64,000 nt of DNA from Nitrososphaeria archaeon (GCA_029775915.1 JARVKA010000005.1:7162-71161), one strand, 5' to 3'. Positions 1-9,849 are shown, numbered from the stretch's first letter. The notes: generated by a model from the sequence alone, not told the origin. Numbers and translations are program-made.

Positions 1-229
1 CTTTAATACTTGGATATGCTTTTCTACCAAATATTGTATTATGTTTCGGATTTACGAGATATATCTTGCCAGAATATCCACTACTGAGTGCATTTCGTGT
101 AACTCCTTCACCTACTTTGCCTCTTACATCTGTAGCTCCCACAATTACCACAGATTTTGGCTCAATAATATACTTCATTTGCAAATAAGTTTCTTCAATC
201 CATTCTTCATTAAATAGCTCTTTTTTCAA
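1..229 (-). CDS. acdA: Acetate--CoA ligase (ADP-forming) alpha subunit, CoA-binding N-terminus (partial, runs off the window start)
   Basis: Not on the ORF track. Manual translation from TTG at 229: MKKELFNEEWIEETYLQMKYIIEPKSVVIVGATDVRGKVG...YSGKIYLVNPK...AYPSIK, matching the PKSVAVIGAS...VNP...YPS CoA-binding pattern; beta subunit at 628. Confidence 0.85.
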   Translation of the reverse strand, partial: MKKELFNEEWIEETYLQMKYIIEPKSVVIVGATDVRGKVGEGVTRNALSSGYSGKIYLVNPKHNTIFGRKAYPSIK

Positions 230-285
230 CCCATATTAAATATGGTAATAGTTTTAAAATAGTTTTTAAGCATTAATTTGTTGGG

Positions 286-549
286 ATGGTTATGCTTTTC
301 ATAACCTTTGCAAATATAGAGTCGAAGAGAGAGAAAGAAGCATATTTAGCTGTAGCTGAGAAGATACCGAAATTGAGTGGTGTGAAAGGAGTGTATTTAA
401 CATTTGGAGCGAGGGATGTAGTAGTTTTGCATGAAGGTCCAGATCTTAAAAGTGGTGTTCAAATGGCTGTTAAATTGAGGAATATTCCCGGAATTATCAA
501 TACAGAAACTATTGTTTGCATGGATATTGAACAAGTATTTGCACCATAG
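286..549 (+). CDS. Stand-alone Lrp/AsnC ligand-binding (RAM) domain protein
   Basis: 87 aa; GVKGVYLTFGARDVV...IPGIINTETIV RAM pattern; no HTH. Confidence 0.8.
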   Translation: MVMLFITFANIESKREKEAYLAVAEKIPKLSGVKGVYLTFGARDVVVLHEGPDLKSGVQMAVKLRNIPGIINTETIVCMDIEQVFAP

Positions 550-627
550 CGTAATTAATGTTTTAAAAAGTGGATCGTAAGTAAATAAAGATTAATTTAA
601 TGAAGTTTAAAAATTAATATCGTAAAA

Positions 628-1341
628 GTGTTATTGATGGAGAGAAGAGCTAAAGTTTTAGAAATTATTGAGTTAGCGATTAAAGAGGGGCGTAAAATAC
701 TTTTGGAGCATGAGGCTAAGCTTATATGTATAGAGCATGGAATATCAACGCCTAAATTCTTTCTCACAAAAAGCTTGGATGAAGCTTTAAATTGTGGAGC
801 TATTTTAGGCTATCCATTAGTAATGAAAGTAGTTTCACCTAACATTATTCATAAATCTGATGTGGGAGGTGTGGAAATAAATATTAAAAATGAGAGTGAA
901 CTTTATTCAGCTTATCAAAGAATTTTAAAGAATGTTATTGAACGAGTACCAAATGTAAAAATTTTTGGTATATTAATAGAAGAAATGGTACCGGATGGTG
1001 TGGAAGTAGCTTTAGGCATGGTAAGAGATCATTCATTTGGACCAATTATTATGTTCGGATTGGGCGGCATATTTATCGAAGTATTGAAAGATGTTTCATT
1101 TAGAGTAGCTCCATTAAGTAGCGTAGATGCTGAGGAGATGATAAATGAGATTAAAGGGCGTAAAATACTTAATGGCTTTAGAGGTAAACCACCCGTAGAT
1201 ATTAACACATTAAAGAATACTATTCTCACATTATCTGAGTTATCTATCACATACCCAGAGTTTTTTCAAATCGATTTAAACCCAATAATTATTCGTGGTA
1301 AAGATTTAAGAGTTGTAGATGCTCGTATAACCCTTCATTAA
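628..1341 (+). CDS. acdB: Acetate--CoA ligase (ADP-forming) beta subunit, ATP-grasp
   Basis: LLEHEAK, GYPLVMKVVSP.IIHKSDVGGV, FGPIIMFGLGGIFIEVLKD, DLNP, VDARI motifs. Confidence 0.92.
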   Translation: MLLMERRAKVLEIIELAIKEGRKILLEHEAKLICIEHGISTPKFFLTKSLDEALNCGAILGYPLVMKVVSPNIIHKSDVGGVEINIKNESELYSAYQRILKNVIERVPNVKIFGILIEEMVPDGVEVALGMVRDHSFGPIIMFGLGGIFIEVLKDVSFRVAPLSSVDAEEMINEIKGRKILNGFRGKPPVDINTLKNTILTLSELSITYPEFFQIDLNPIIIRGKDLRVVDARITLH

Positions 1342-1406
1342 AGGCTTGATAGTAACTTTTACCATTTGATTTCTATTGTTATATCAAATTATTATGATGA
1401 ATTAAT

Positions 1407-2363
1407 TTAACTCTCTTGTATAGGGCCTATAACCTCTTCTCCAACCATTTTATTTATTTCAGCAACATATTCATTAACTTGATTTTGAATCTTCTCAATC
1501 ATATCTTCTGTTAAATGAGCAAAACGCCCTTGAATCTTAAGATATTCCTCAACCTTCTTTCTCTTTGGCACTCTTACCGTTACTGCCATTTTACCGTTAT
1601 AAACTTCATAAAGAACCCACATACCTGTTTGTACGGCTAACTCACCAACCCTTATTGTAAGGCTTGGATCGTATCGCCATCCAGTTGGGCAAGGTGATAA
1701 AACGTGAATGTAAGCTGGTCCTTCAACATCTATAGCTCTCTTAACTTTATTAAATAAATCTCTCCAATATGGTGAAATTACAGCTGAGGCTACGTAAGGT
1801 ATTCTATGAGCTGCAGCTATCGCTACCATATCCTTCTTTTGTTGTATTTTACCCTTCAATATTTTTCCAACTGGTGAAGTTGTAGCCCAAGCTCCGAATG
1901 GTGTTGAACCACTCCTTTGTATACCAGTATTCATATAAGCCTCATTATCTTGGCATATGTATACTACATCATGTCCTCTCTCTAACATACCACTCAATGA
2001 TTGAAAGCCTATATCGGTTGTGCCACCATCTCCACCAATCACTATCACATGAATCTTTCTATCTTGTGAAATTACGCCTTTTTTCTTTAAAGATTTTAAA
2101 GCAGCCTCTACACCTGAAGCTACAGCTCCAGCATTCTCAAAAGCTATGTGAACCCAAGGGACTCTCCAAGCGGTATCTGGGAATATAGATGTTGAGACCT
2201 CAAGGCAACCAGTTGGTGTTACAATAATGCAATCTTTTCCAGCCACTTTAGTTACCCAACGAACGAGAATACCTTCAGGGCAACCTTGGCATAATCCATG
2301 ACCTGGTGCAAAATATTCTTCCTTCGGAACATCCTTCACAGTTTTATAAAATAATGTGCTCAT
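1407..2363 (-). CDS. porB: Pyruvate/2-oxoacid:ferredoxin oxidoreductase beta subunit
   Basis: GHGLCQGC, TGCLEV, GGDGGT.DIG TPP motif, DNEAYMNTGIQRS, SPCPTGW. Confidence 0.95.
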   Translation of the reverse strand: MSTLFYKTVKDVPKEEYFAPGHGLCQGCPEGILVRWVTKVAGKDCIIVTPTGCLEVSTSIFPDTAWRVPWVHIAFENAGAVASGVEAALKSLKKKGVISQDRKIHVIVIGGDGGTTDIGFQSLSGMLERGHDVVYICQDNEAYMNTGIQRSGSTPFGAWATTSPVGKILKGKIQQKKDMVAIAAAHRIPYVASAVISPYWRDLFNKVKRAIDVEGPAYIHVLSPCPTGWRYDPSLTIRVGELAVQTGMWVLYEVYNGKMAVTVRVPKRKKVEEYLKIQGRFAHLTEDMIEKIQNQVNEYVAEINKMVGEEVIGPIQES

Positions 2364-2364
2364 T

Positions 2365-3543
2365 TTACCACCTCACACCAAAGTATTCACAACTTCTCAC
2401 CACTCTTTTTTCTCGATAAGCTTCTATAGATTTTTTAACCATACTCTTTATATCATTTACTGTAACGTCCCTACCACCAATACCCGCTATAAAGTTTGTG
2501 AACATCGGTCTATTTTTTTCATTCATAAATACGCTCAATATCTCAAATAACAATGGACCAGCTACACTACCAAAGCTAATCGCTCTATCTATCACAGTAA
2601 CCACTTCATACTTTGATAATAAATCTCTCCACTCATCACTTGGGCATGGTCTAAATAATCTAGGTCTGAATAAGCCTACTTTTAACCCTTCTTGACGAAG
2701 CTCATCTATTGCTACTTTGGATGTGCTTGCGATAGCGCCCATAGTAGCTAAAACATATTCTGCATCATCCATTTTATAACACTCGTAAAGCCCATAACTT
2801 CTACCAAAGTATTCACCAAACTCCTTATCAACTCTTCTTAATGCGTTTGGAACTTTACTTAAAGCATCTATAAGTTGATACTTAAACTCATATTCATAAT
2901 TTGGTAAGCAGAAAACACCGAGTGTTACAGGCTCATCAGGATTTAATACTCGCTTCACTCTCTTTGGTGCAAAATCAAGAACTTCCTTATCATCATGTAC
3001 AATTACAGGCTCGTAAGTGTGGCTTAATACATAACCATCAAAGCAAATCATAACTGGCACTTGTATCTCATCAAGCTCAGCCAATTTGTAAGCTTGGATT
3101 ACTGAGTCATAACCTTCTTGAGCTGATGATATATAAATTTGTACCCAACCACAATCCCTTGATGACATAGAGTCCTGATAATCTGAATGTATATTTATAG
3201 GTGCGGATAAAGTTCTACATGCTACGCCCATAACTATAGGTAATCTACAACCAGATGCGATAAAGAGGCACTCATGCATTAATGCTAAGCCTTGTGAACA
3301 AGTAGCTGTGAATGCTCTCGCACCCGCTGCAGAAGCACCTATACACGCACTCATAGCTGAATGCTCAGATTCAACTGGAATATACTCTGCATTAAGCTCA
3401 CCATCAGCTATAAATTGAGCAATACGCTCTACTATATCACTTTGTGGTGTAATAGGGTATGCTGCTACTACATCAACATCACAAGCTTTTGCAGCGTAAG
3501 CTACTGCATAATTTGTAGGTAAAGGTAATCTCTCAACCTTCAT
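2365..3543 (-). CDS. porA: Pyruvate/2-oxoacid:ferredoxin oxidoreductase alpha subunit
   Basis: AYPITPQ, VESEHSAMS, TATCSQGL, GIGGRD motifs. Confidence 0.95.
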   Translation of the reverse strand: MKVERLPLPTNYAVAYAAKACDVDVVAAYPITPQSDIVERIAQFIADGELNAEYIPVESEHSAMSACIGASAAGARAFTATCSQGLALMHECLFIASGCRLPIVMGVACRTLSAPINIHSDYQDSMSSRDCGWVQIYISSAQEGYDSVIQAYKLAELDEIQVPVMICFDGYVLSHTYEPVIVHDDKEVLDFAPKRVKRVLNPDEPVTLGVFCLPNYEYEFKYQLIDALSKVPNALRRVDKEFGEYFGRSYGLYECYKMDDAEYVLATMGAIASTSKVAIDELRQEGLKVGLFRPRLFRPCPSDEWRDLLSKYEVVTVIDRAISFGSVAGPLLFEILSVFMNEKNRPMFTNFIAGIGGRDVTVNDIKSMVKKSIEAYREKRVVRSCEYFGVRW

Positions 3544-3819
3544 TCACATCATCTCCTCCACCATCGTAATAACCTTTACTGGACATTCCTTTGCGCATAT
3601 ACCACATCCTTTGCAATGATCGTAATCGACTTGGGAAATATCTGGAAATATTGTACCATCTGGGCAATAAATGTAACAAAGCATACATTTGATGCACTTC
3701 TCCCAATTCACAACGGGTCGAAAATCTCTCCACGCTCCAGTTTTATTTCGTATCGTACTCCCTGGAGAAGTATTCTTACTCCCTATTGGTATTTCTCTCC
3801 AAGATTTTAACTCAGACAT
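3544..3819 (-). CDS. porD: POR delta subunit (2x[4Fe-4S])
   Basis: [35 protein letters not shown]. Confidence 0.95.
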   Translation of the reverse strand: MSELKSWREIPIGSKNTSPGSTIRNKTGAWRDFRPVVNWEKCIKCMLCYIYCPDGTIFPDISQVDYDHCKGCGICAKECPVKVITMVEEMM

Positions 3820-3828
3820 AATATCACC

Positions 3829-4380
3829 TCATTTTAATATTTGAGTCTCTTTATAAGCTCTCAAAACGGCTTTAACATTCTTCTCACCAATTTTACCTTT
3901 AAATCTTTCAAGCACTACTGCTGTGATTGTATCAATTTTTACCAACTCTGTAGCTCTTACCACACTTCCAAGTATAGCAGTATTCACAATTGGAGCGCCT
4001 AACTCCTCTATAGCGATTTTATTTGCATTTACAGTTGCTATAAGTCCATTTACATTCATCATTTTCTTAATATCTTCTGGTTGCATCGTTGTATTTATAA
4101 TAATCCCTCCACCATTTTTCAAACCATCAGTAACATTTACAGTTGATGTAAGTGTTGGATTGAGAATTACAACGATATCCGGATTGTAAATATTGCATCT
4201 TACATTAATCGGTTTATCATCAATTCTTGTAAATGCTACTACAGGTGCACCTCTTCGCTCAGGACCGAATTCTGCAAATGCTTGTGCATACTTACCCTCA
4301 TTAATAACTGCTCTGGCGAGTAAAACAGCTGCTGTTACCGCTCCTTGCCCTCCTCTACCATGCCATCTGATTTCTATCAT
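3829..4380 (-). CDS. porG: POR gamma subunit (start moved to MIEIRWHGRGG at 4380)
   Basis: HGRGGQGAVT, FGPERRGAPV; GGTGA Shine-Dalgarno upstream of ATG 4380. Confidence 0.93.
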   Translation of the reverse strand: MIEIRWHGRGGQGAVTAAVLLARAVINEGKYAQAFAEFGPERRGAPVVAFTRIDDKPINVRCNIYNPDIVVILNPTLTSTVNVTDGLKNGGGIIINTTMQPEDIKKMMNVNGLIATVNANKIAIEELGAPIVNTAILGSVVRATELVKIDTITAVVLERFKGKIGEKNVKAVLRAYKETQILK

Positions 4381-4415
4381 TTTATCATCACCATAGCCTC
4401 TATTTTTACTCATAA

Positions 4416-4430
4416 ATAAACGCTATGCTA
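4416..4430 (-). promoter_or_regulatory. Candidate BRE/TATA-overlapping promoter motif (TAGCATAGCGTTTAT) of the por operon
   Basis: Runs into TTTATTTA about 35 bp upstream of porG; identical 15-mer upstream of the hydantoinase A gene. Confidence 0.4.
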
Positions 4431-4664
4431 TGATAATTATTATAAAATTAAATTTTTAAAATTTACATTATTAAATTAAGAAGTTATACAATCTCGATTT
4501 GAATCAACTACTTTTTACAAAATTGAGAAAAGATTAAAGATATAAATCAAAAATTCCATTTGTCAATCCTTTCATGTTATTAAATCAAATTTACAAATAA
4601 GCCAAACTTCCCAAATTAAAGATTCAAATACAATCTTCATTAAATTGGAAGGTGGTGATTAAGT

Positions 4665-5048
4665 TTGGGCAAGATCGTTATTAAATCCAATCGTTTAGCA
4701 CCTCCTATAGGCCCATATTCCCATGCGGTTAAAGCGAGCAACTTCATCTTTCTCTCTGGACAAATAGGATTGGATAAGAACGGGAAGGTTGTTCAAGGAG
4801 GCATTTCAGAGCAAACAAAGCAAGCTTTGGAGAATATGAAGGCAATTTTAGAAGATGCAGGATACTCTTTAGATGATGTGGTGAAGGTTACTGTGTTCTT
4901 AAAGGATATTCGCCACTTTAGCGAGATGAATGAAGTTTATAAAAAATACTTCCCATTTAATCAACCTGCAAGATCAACCGTAGAGGCGAATATGGCATCT
5001 CCAGATTTACTCGTTGAGATAGAAGCAATTGCCTATAAGGATTCTTAA
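4665..5048 (+). CDS. ridA: RidA/YjgF enamine-imine deaminase
   Basis: PIGPYSHAV, SGQIG, MNEVY..YF...PARS, LVEIEAIA. Confidence 0.93.
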   Translation: MGKIVIKSNRLAPPIGPYSHAVKASNFIFLSGQIGLDKNGKVVQGGISEQTKQALENMKAILEDAGYSLDDVVKVTVFLKDIRHFSEMNEVYKKYFPFNQPARSTVEANMASPDLLVEIEAIAYKDS

Positions 5049-5315
5049 TATTCCTTTAGAGTTTTTGGTAAAGTAATAATATAAATAGTTAAAATGTTAG
5101 AGTTAACTGAAGCTTATAAAAATTTCTAAAAAATCTAATACTGAATCTGAACTAATATAACTTCATCATTAAAAAATAATGATTAAGAAACTAATTTTTA
5201 AGATATAACTTTTTTAGTTTTTAAATTACAATTTATTCGCTAAATAACAAAGCTTTTTCACTAACGTCTATAAAAACGTTTGAGCTTACCTTCTTATGTG
5301 TTATTTTTATAGATG

Positions 5316-5389
5316 TGCCGAGGGCCGGACTTGAACCGGCGACAGCCCGGTCTTCAGCCGGGTGCTCTCCCACGCTGAGCTACCTCGGC
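5316..5389 (-). tRNA. tRNA-Phe (GAA), intronless, CCA not encoded
   Basis: Reverse complement GCCGAGGTAGCTCAGCGTGGGAGAGCACCCGGCTGAAGACCGGGCTGTCGCCGGTTCAAGTCCGGCCCTCGGCA: acceptor stem GCCGAGG/CCTCGGC, anticodon stem CCCGG/CCGGG, loop CTGAAGA, T-loop TTCAAGT. Confidence 0.97.
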
Positions 5390-5803
5390 TCTATTTTAAT
5401 TTGGATTAAAAAAAGGTAATTAAATCTTCTCTTTAACCTTCTCAATTTTTTAACAATAAAAGTTTTATCAGAAAAGTGCTGGAAGATTCAAGTTAATTGG
5501 AAGTTCTTGGGAAAGGAGTATTATATAGATAGTAGATAGGGATTAGCATTATGCAAAGAGATATTCTATAGCCTTTTAAGGTGAAAATTGCATCCCTCAA
5601 GACTTGATGTGATAGGCTTTCAAATAAAAAGTGAATTAAAGCCACTCGATTTGCCACTCGATTTATCACTAATGCAATTAAGGATAACTTTTCTGGGTAA
5701 TATTATTCTTATGTAACTATATTTTCTCATTAACTTTTAATTGTTATAAAAATCATGCGGAGTCGGTAAGCTAATTTTATTAGTAAAAAAGCTTTAAGAA
5801 TTG

Positions 5804-7381
5804 TTACTTAACTTTTAATAAAGGTATTTCATTCTCAACCCAAATAAACTTACGTTGTAAAGACTTTGGATATATACGCTTCCAATCCAATCCAATTTGT
5901 TTTGACCATTCATAATAAACCCTTGGATCGATGTAATTCTTAAGTGATGTATTCAAATTGTATTCTTTAATTGCTTTTGCAAGTTCTAATTGAAGCTTAG
6001 CTTTTTTAATCCGTTGCTCTAACCTTTGCAAACCTTTCTCAGTTTTTGGTTTTGGTGTTGCTAAGAGTTTTGCAAGTCGCTCTTCCTTCTTTTTTATACT
6101 CTCTTCCCAATTTTTAGGCGGTGTTCGCTTATGATTACACTTTATAGCAGCTTCTAAATTGGCTAATTTTGCATAATAAAGCTTTACATATTCATCTTCA
6201 TTCTTAATGGTATCATTAACCTTCTCAAGAAATTCTTTAACGGTTTTTGTCGCTATGTAAGTGCGAAAAACCTTTGCTGTAAGCCCTTTATCAAACCTTT
6301 TAAGGAAGTCATTAACCTTTTCAGACGTAATGCCATCAAATATAAGATCTTGTGGTTTTTTCCCTTTCATAAACTCTTTAAAATTATCTATGAGCTGAAG
6401 ATTAGGATTCTCTATAACCTTTTGCCATCTCACACAATCCTTTCCTAAAAAGTCAAACTCTATACTATTTTTATTTAACTTCACATGCTCCACTCTAAGT
6501 GTTGTAGCACCAACCGTATCAGCCTCATCTTCATCCTTTTCATCACCAACTCTCAAAGCTAAGGTATCTATTAAGTAACAAACGGTAGCCACCTTTCTAA
6601 TACTCTTTCTCTTAGAAGAAAGCATCTTTACAATCACACCTCTAATCCTATCAATTTTCTTATCCAACTTTGATGCTATATCATACTTGAGATAATCTTG
6701 ACGTTGTCTTAAGAAGGATGATTCAGATAACCAAACATACTTATTCTTACTGGGATTGATTTTATCAACCCATTTTGCTAACCACATACTGGTATGATCA
6801 TGTACTATACCACCCCAATTACCTTCAGGTATAGGCGCATCTTCTCCAAGATTTAATATGATATCTTCGAATTTAACCCGCTCTTTCCATTTGCCACGAA
6901 GAGGGTGATTGCCCCGACCCATGAATATACCAGGAGGTTCAACCATCCAATTTGAGATCTCCACCTTTATTCCATCCACGATAGCATAACCATACTTTGC
7001 TTTAAGCTCCTCACGCATTTTTTTCCGTTCTTGAGTTAATCTCTTCTTCTCATCTTTGCTTAAAGATTCTTTTTTCCTTTTCTCCTCATCTATAAATTTA
7101 TAGTATTCAGACAAATCTATATCGTTAAACGTTATATCTCTGTAAGCTGGTGGTAAGTGAGGCTTTAAAGATTCAAGAAAGTTTTTTTGAAAAACTTCAT
7201 CTTTTACATATGGTGTGTCCTTCTTTTTTGCCCAAGCGTAAAGCATCTCTTCCACTATTGGATCAGGTATTAACCAATCACCTTTTAAACCAACTTTTAT
7301 ACCCTTAGCCTCATATTCAGGTGGAAGAGCTACACCATTATGTATGAGCGTTTTCCATTTCATTCCTCTCAATGTGCTCAT
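5804..7381 (-). CDS. DNA topoisomerase IB (eukaryotic-like)
   Basis: KWKTLIHNG, VEPPGIFMGRGNHP..GK.K, catalytic residues in LRVG, FLGKD, KVFRTY, CNH and NYIDPR (active-site Tyr). Confidence 0.95.
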   Translation of the reverse strand: MSTLRGMKWKTLIHNGVALPPEYEAKGIKVGLKGDWLIPDPIVEEMLYAWAKKKDTPYVKDEVFQKNFLESLKPHLPPAYRDITFNDIDLSEYYKFIDEEKRKKESLSKDEKKRLTQERKKMREELKAKYGYAIVDGIKVEISNWMVEPPGIFMGRGNHPLRGKWKERVKFEDIILNLGEDAPIPEGNWGGIVHDHTSMWLAKWVDKINPSKNKYVWLSESSFLRQRQDYLKYDIASKLDKKIDRIRGVIVKMLSSKRKSIRKVATVCYLIDTLALRVGDEKDEDEADTVGATTLRVEHVKLNKNSIEFDFLGKDCVRWQKVIENPNLQLIDNFKEFMKGKKPQDLIFDGITSEKVNDFLKRFDKGLTAKVFRTYIATKTVKEFLEKVNDTIKNEDEYVKLYYAKLANLEAAIKCNHKRTPPKNWEESIKKKEERLAKLLATPKPKTEKGLQRLEQRIKKAKLQLELAKAIKEYNLNTSLKNYIDPRVYYEWSKQIGLDWKRIYPKSLQRKFIWVENEIPLLKVK

Positions 7382-7522
7382 CCCTTAATTTACAACACGA
7401 ACTACTTTGGATTGTAGTAAAAATTTTTCTAAGATTTTAATAAGAATAGAGCTACTACATGAATTGATATGTAAATAAAAGTTATCGATGATATAAGATT
7501 AATTAATAATCAATTCATGTTT

Positions 7523-8689
7523 TTATTTACAAGTTTTACAATAATACTTTTTAAAGATTAATCCCTTTAAAATGGCACAATCGCTACAAAGATTTTTACC
7601 ACATAATTCACAACGCTTCCAATGCTTTTGGCAAACGATATTTCCACAACTCTCACATACAATTATAGCTTTAGCTTTACAAATTGAGCAAAAAATTGTC
7701 TCATCCAAAACTTCTTTTCCAATAGCTCCTTGAATAACTCTTCGATAATTTTTATCCTTAGCTTTAAATAATAATGAAATTGTAGGAATATTAATGAGCT
7801 TACAATCTAAAATTTGAGTATCTTTTACTAATGGTGTTAACACCTTAACCCCCTTAGCATACTTATACTCAAAGCATAATTTTTTAACGATTTCTCGTTG
7901 AGCTAGTTTTCTAGCATCAAATGGTGTAAGTTTAGGCCGATTAACAATTACATAATCAAACTCTTTCTTTAAATCTGATATATTTAATGATGTAAGCTCA
8001 AAATTTGAATAATTAGCAAGTCCTATACCTTTCGGTAAAGATGGTTGCACACCTTCAGCTATAGAATCAACAATTTTTGAGAATATTGCATCAATTACAA
8101 CGATGCCTTTACTCTCTATATTTACTACATTCCCACTCACCTTATGTTGTGAAAAGCAATCGTAACTCACAAAATAATATGGATAAAAATCCAATTTTGC
8201 TTCAATTAAATGAAGTTCTTTAGCATTTAAAAGATGATGGAGATCGATTGCATCATATTTTGAAATTTTAATCTTTAAAGTATTGTTAATAAGCTCATCT
8301 TGAGTTTTAACCTCGTTAAGCTTACGTTGCAAAGTATCTAAATCCCATAATTCAACCTCTAAAGCTTTTGCATGTAATTTAGCTTCAGATGTAAAACCTC
8401 CAGTGGAGATAAATATACCTTTAGTTAATCCTAAAGCTCGAAGTTTATCATAAAAATTTCTTACCTCTTTAATATCGATAGGTGATTTTACATATTTGCA
8501 TTCAATAGCGATTTTAATCGTACCGAAAACTTCAGTCTTTGATGCTAATACATCTATTTCATGAGAAACATCATATCTATCTTTAAGTTTGCACCTAACT
8601 TCTGTATCAAAACCCCAACGGCGAAAGAGATTTGCTACCGCATCTTCTAAGATAATGCCTTTCCACTTCATCGATGTGGTATCGCTCAA
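7523..8689 (-). CDS. Mrr-like PD-(D/E)xK restriction endonuclease domain with C-terminal Cys-rich multi-Zn finger
   Basis: LE..VA.LF...GF, HEIDVLA...IAIECK, VRNF, GGFTSEA; C-terminus CxxC-CxxC-CxxH-CxxC-CxxC-CxxC. Confidence 0.8.
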   Translation of the reverse strand: MSDTTSMKWKGIILEDAVANLFRRWGFDTEVRCKLKDRYDVSHEIDVLASKTEVFGTIKIAIECKYVKSPIDIKEVRNFYDKLRALGLTKGIFISTGGFTSEAKLHAKALEVELWDLDTLQRKLNEVKTQDELINNTLKIKISKYDAIDLHHLLNAKELHLIEAKLDFYPYYFVSYDCFSQHKVSGNVVNIESKGIVVIDAIFSKIVDSIAEGVQPSLPKGIGLANYSNFELTSLNISDLKKEFDYVIVNRPKLTPFDARKLAQREIVKKLCFEYKYAKGVKVLTPLVKDTQILDCKLINIPTISLLFKAKDKNYRRVIQGAIGKEVLDETIFCSICKAKAIIVCESCGNIVCQKHWKRCELCGKNLCSDCAILKGLIFKKYYCKTCK

Positions 8690-8815
8690 ATCTATCTTTA
8701 TTTTGTAAAAGTAAGTAATAAGTCTTTTAAAACCTTGAGTATATGAAGCTACCGAAAAATTATAATTTTACAAGTTTTAATTTAAATTTAGCTTATCTTA
8801 ACTGGGAGTAGAGCA

Positions 8816-9799
8816 TTGCTATCTAGTAAATCGTTAATTGTAGAGCCTGAAATTGAAAGGAGATTAAAAAAAGCACATTACGGTATTTATAAGCATGGAG
8901 CGGTAGAAATTTGTAAATGGACAAAAACTTCCATAAAGAATGAAGGAGATTGTTATAAAGGTAAATTTTATGGTATAGATACGCATCGCTGTATGCAATT
9001 TACACCTATGGCAATATGGTGCCAACATAATTGCATCTTTTGCTGGCGCCCAATCGATTTATTTAAAATGGCAAAGATTGATGAAAGCATGGTTGTAGAG
9101 CCAAAAGAACTTATTGATGGTTTAATTAAAGAAAGATTGAGATTACTTTCAGGATTTGGAGGTAATAAAAATGTTGATAAGATGAGATTAAAGGAGGCAT
9201 TTATACCTACTCATTACGCAATCTCACTTTCAGGTGAGCCAACTTTGTATCCAAAGCTATCTGAACTTATTCAATATTTGCATCAATTAAAACATACCAA
9301 ATCTATCTTTTTAGTAACAAATGGGCAAGAGCCAAGTATGCTTCAAAAATTACAAAAAGAGAATTCTTTACCCACTCAACTTTATTTATCAATAAACGCT
9401 TCAAATAAGGCTCAATTTTTAAAGATTCACTTACCAGAGTATAAAGATTGTTGGGAAAGATTTATTGAAAGTTTAAATTTGATTCAAAAAATTAATACTC
9501 GTAGTGTAATAAGATTAACAATGATTAAAGGTATTAATACAAATGAAGAATGCATATTCGAATTCTCAAAACTTATAGAAATGGGTAAGCCTCACTTTTT
9601 AGAGATTAAATCATATATGCACATAGGTTCATCTATACAACGTCTCAATCATAGCCACATGCTTAGCTTTAATGAGATTTATGAGTATGGGAAAAAGTTT
9701 AATTCTCTTTTACCTAAATTTAAAATTATTAATTACGATGAATCTTCACGCATAGTTTTATTGCAAAATATGGAGCGCTATATTAATGTAAAAATTTAA
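8816..9799 (+). CDS. taw1: 4-demethylwyosine synthase (radical SAM, tRNA-Phe G37)
   Basis: C.WT...CYK..FYGI.THRC.Q.TP auxiliary cluster region, WCQHNCIFCWRP, AISLSGEPTLYP, VTNG, EIKSYMHIG. Confidence 0.93.
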   Translation: MLSSKSLIVEPEIERRLKKAHYGIYKHGAVEICKWTKTSIKNEGDCYKGKFYGIDTHRCMQFTPMAIWCQHNCIFCWRPIDLFKMAKIDESMVVEPKELIDGLIKERLRLLSGFGGNKNVDKMRLKEAFIPTHYAISLSGEPTLYPKLSELIQYLHQLKHTKSIFLVTNGQEPSMLQKLQKENSLPTQLYLSINASNKAQFLKIHLPEYKDCWERFIESLNLIQKINTRSVIRLTMIKGINTNEECIFEFSKLIEMGKPHFLEIKSYMHIGSSIQRLNHSHMLSFNEIYEYGKKFNSLLPKFKIINYDESSRIVLLQNMERYINVKI

Positions 9800-9849
9800 A
9801 ATTTGAGCAAATAACTTAAATACAAGGCTTTTCTCTTAATACAACTCAA

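Noticed and set aside
5641-5664. Tandem duplication GCCACTCGATTT x2 in a 400-bp intergenic stretch
   Set aside because: Only two adjacent 12-bp units with no spacer; most simply slippage, not CRISPR.
5316-8689. tRNA-Phe as the attachment site of an integrated element carrying TopoIB/Mrr
   Set aside because: No duplicate of the tRNA 3' end and no integrase seen in the window; these genes lie on the tRNA 5' side.
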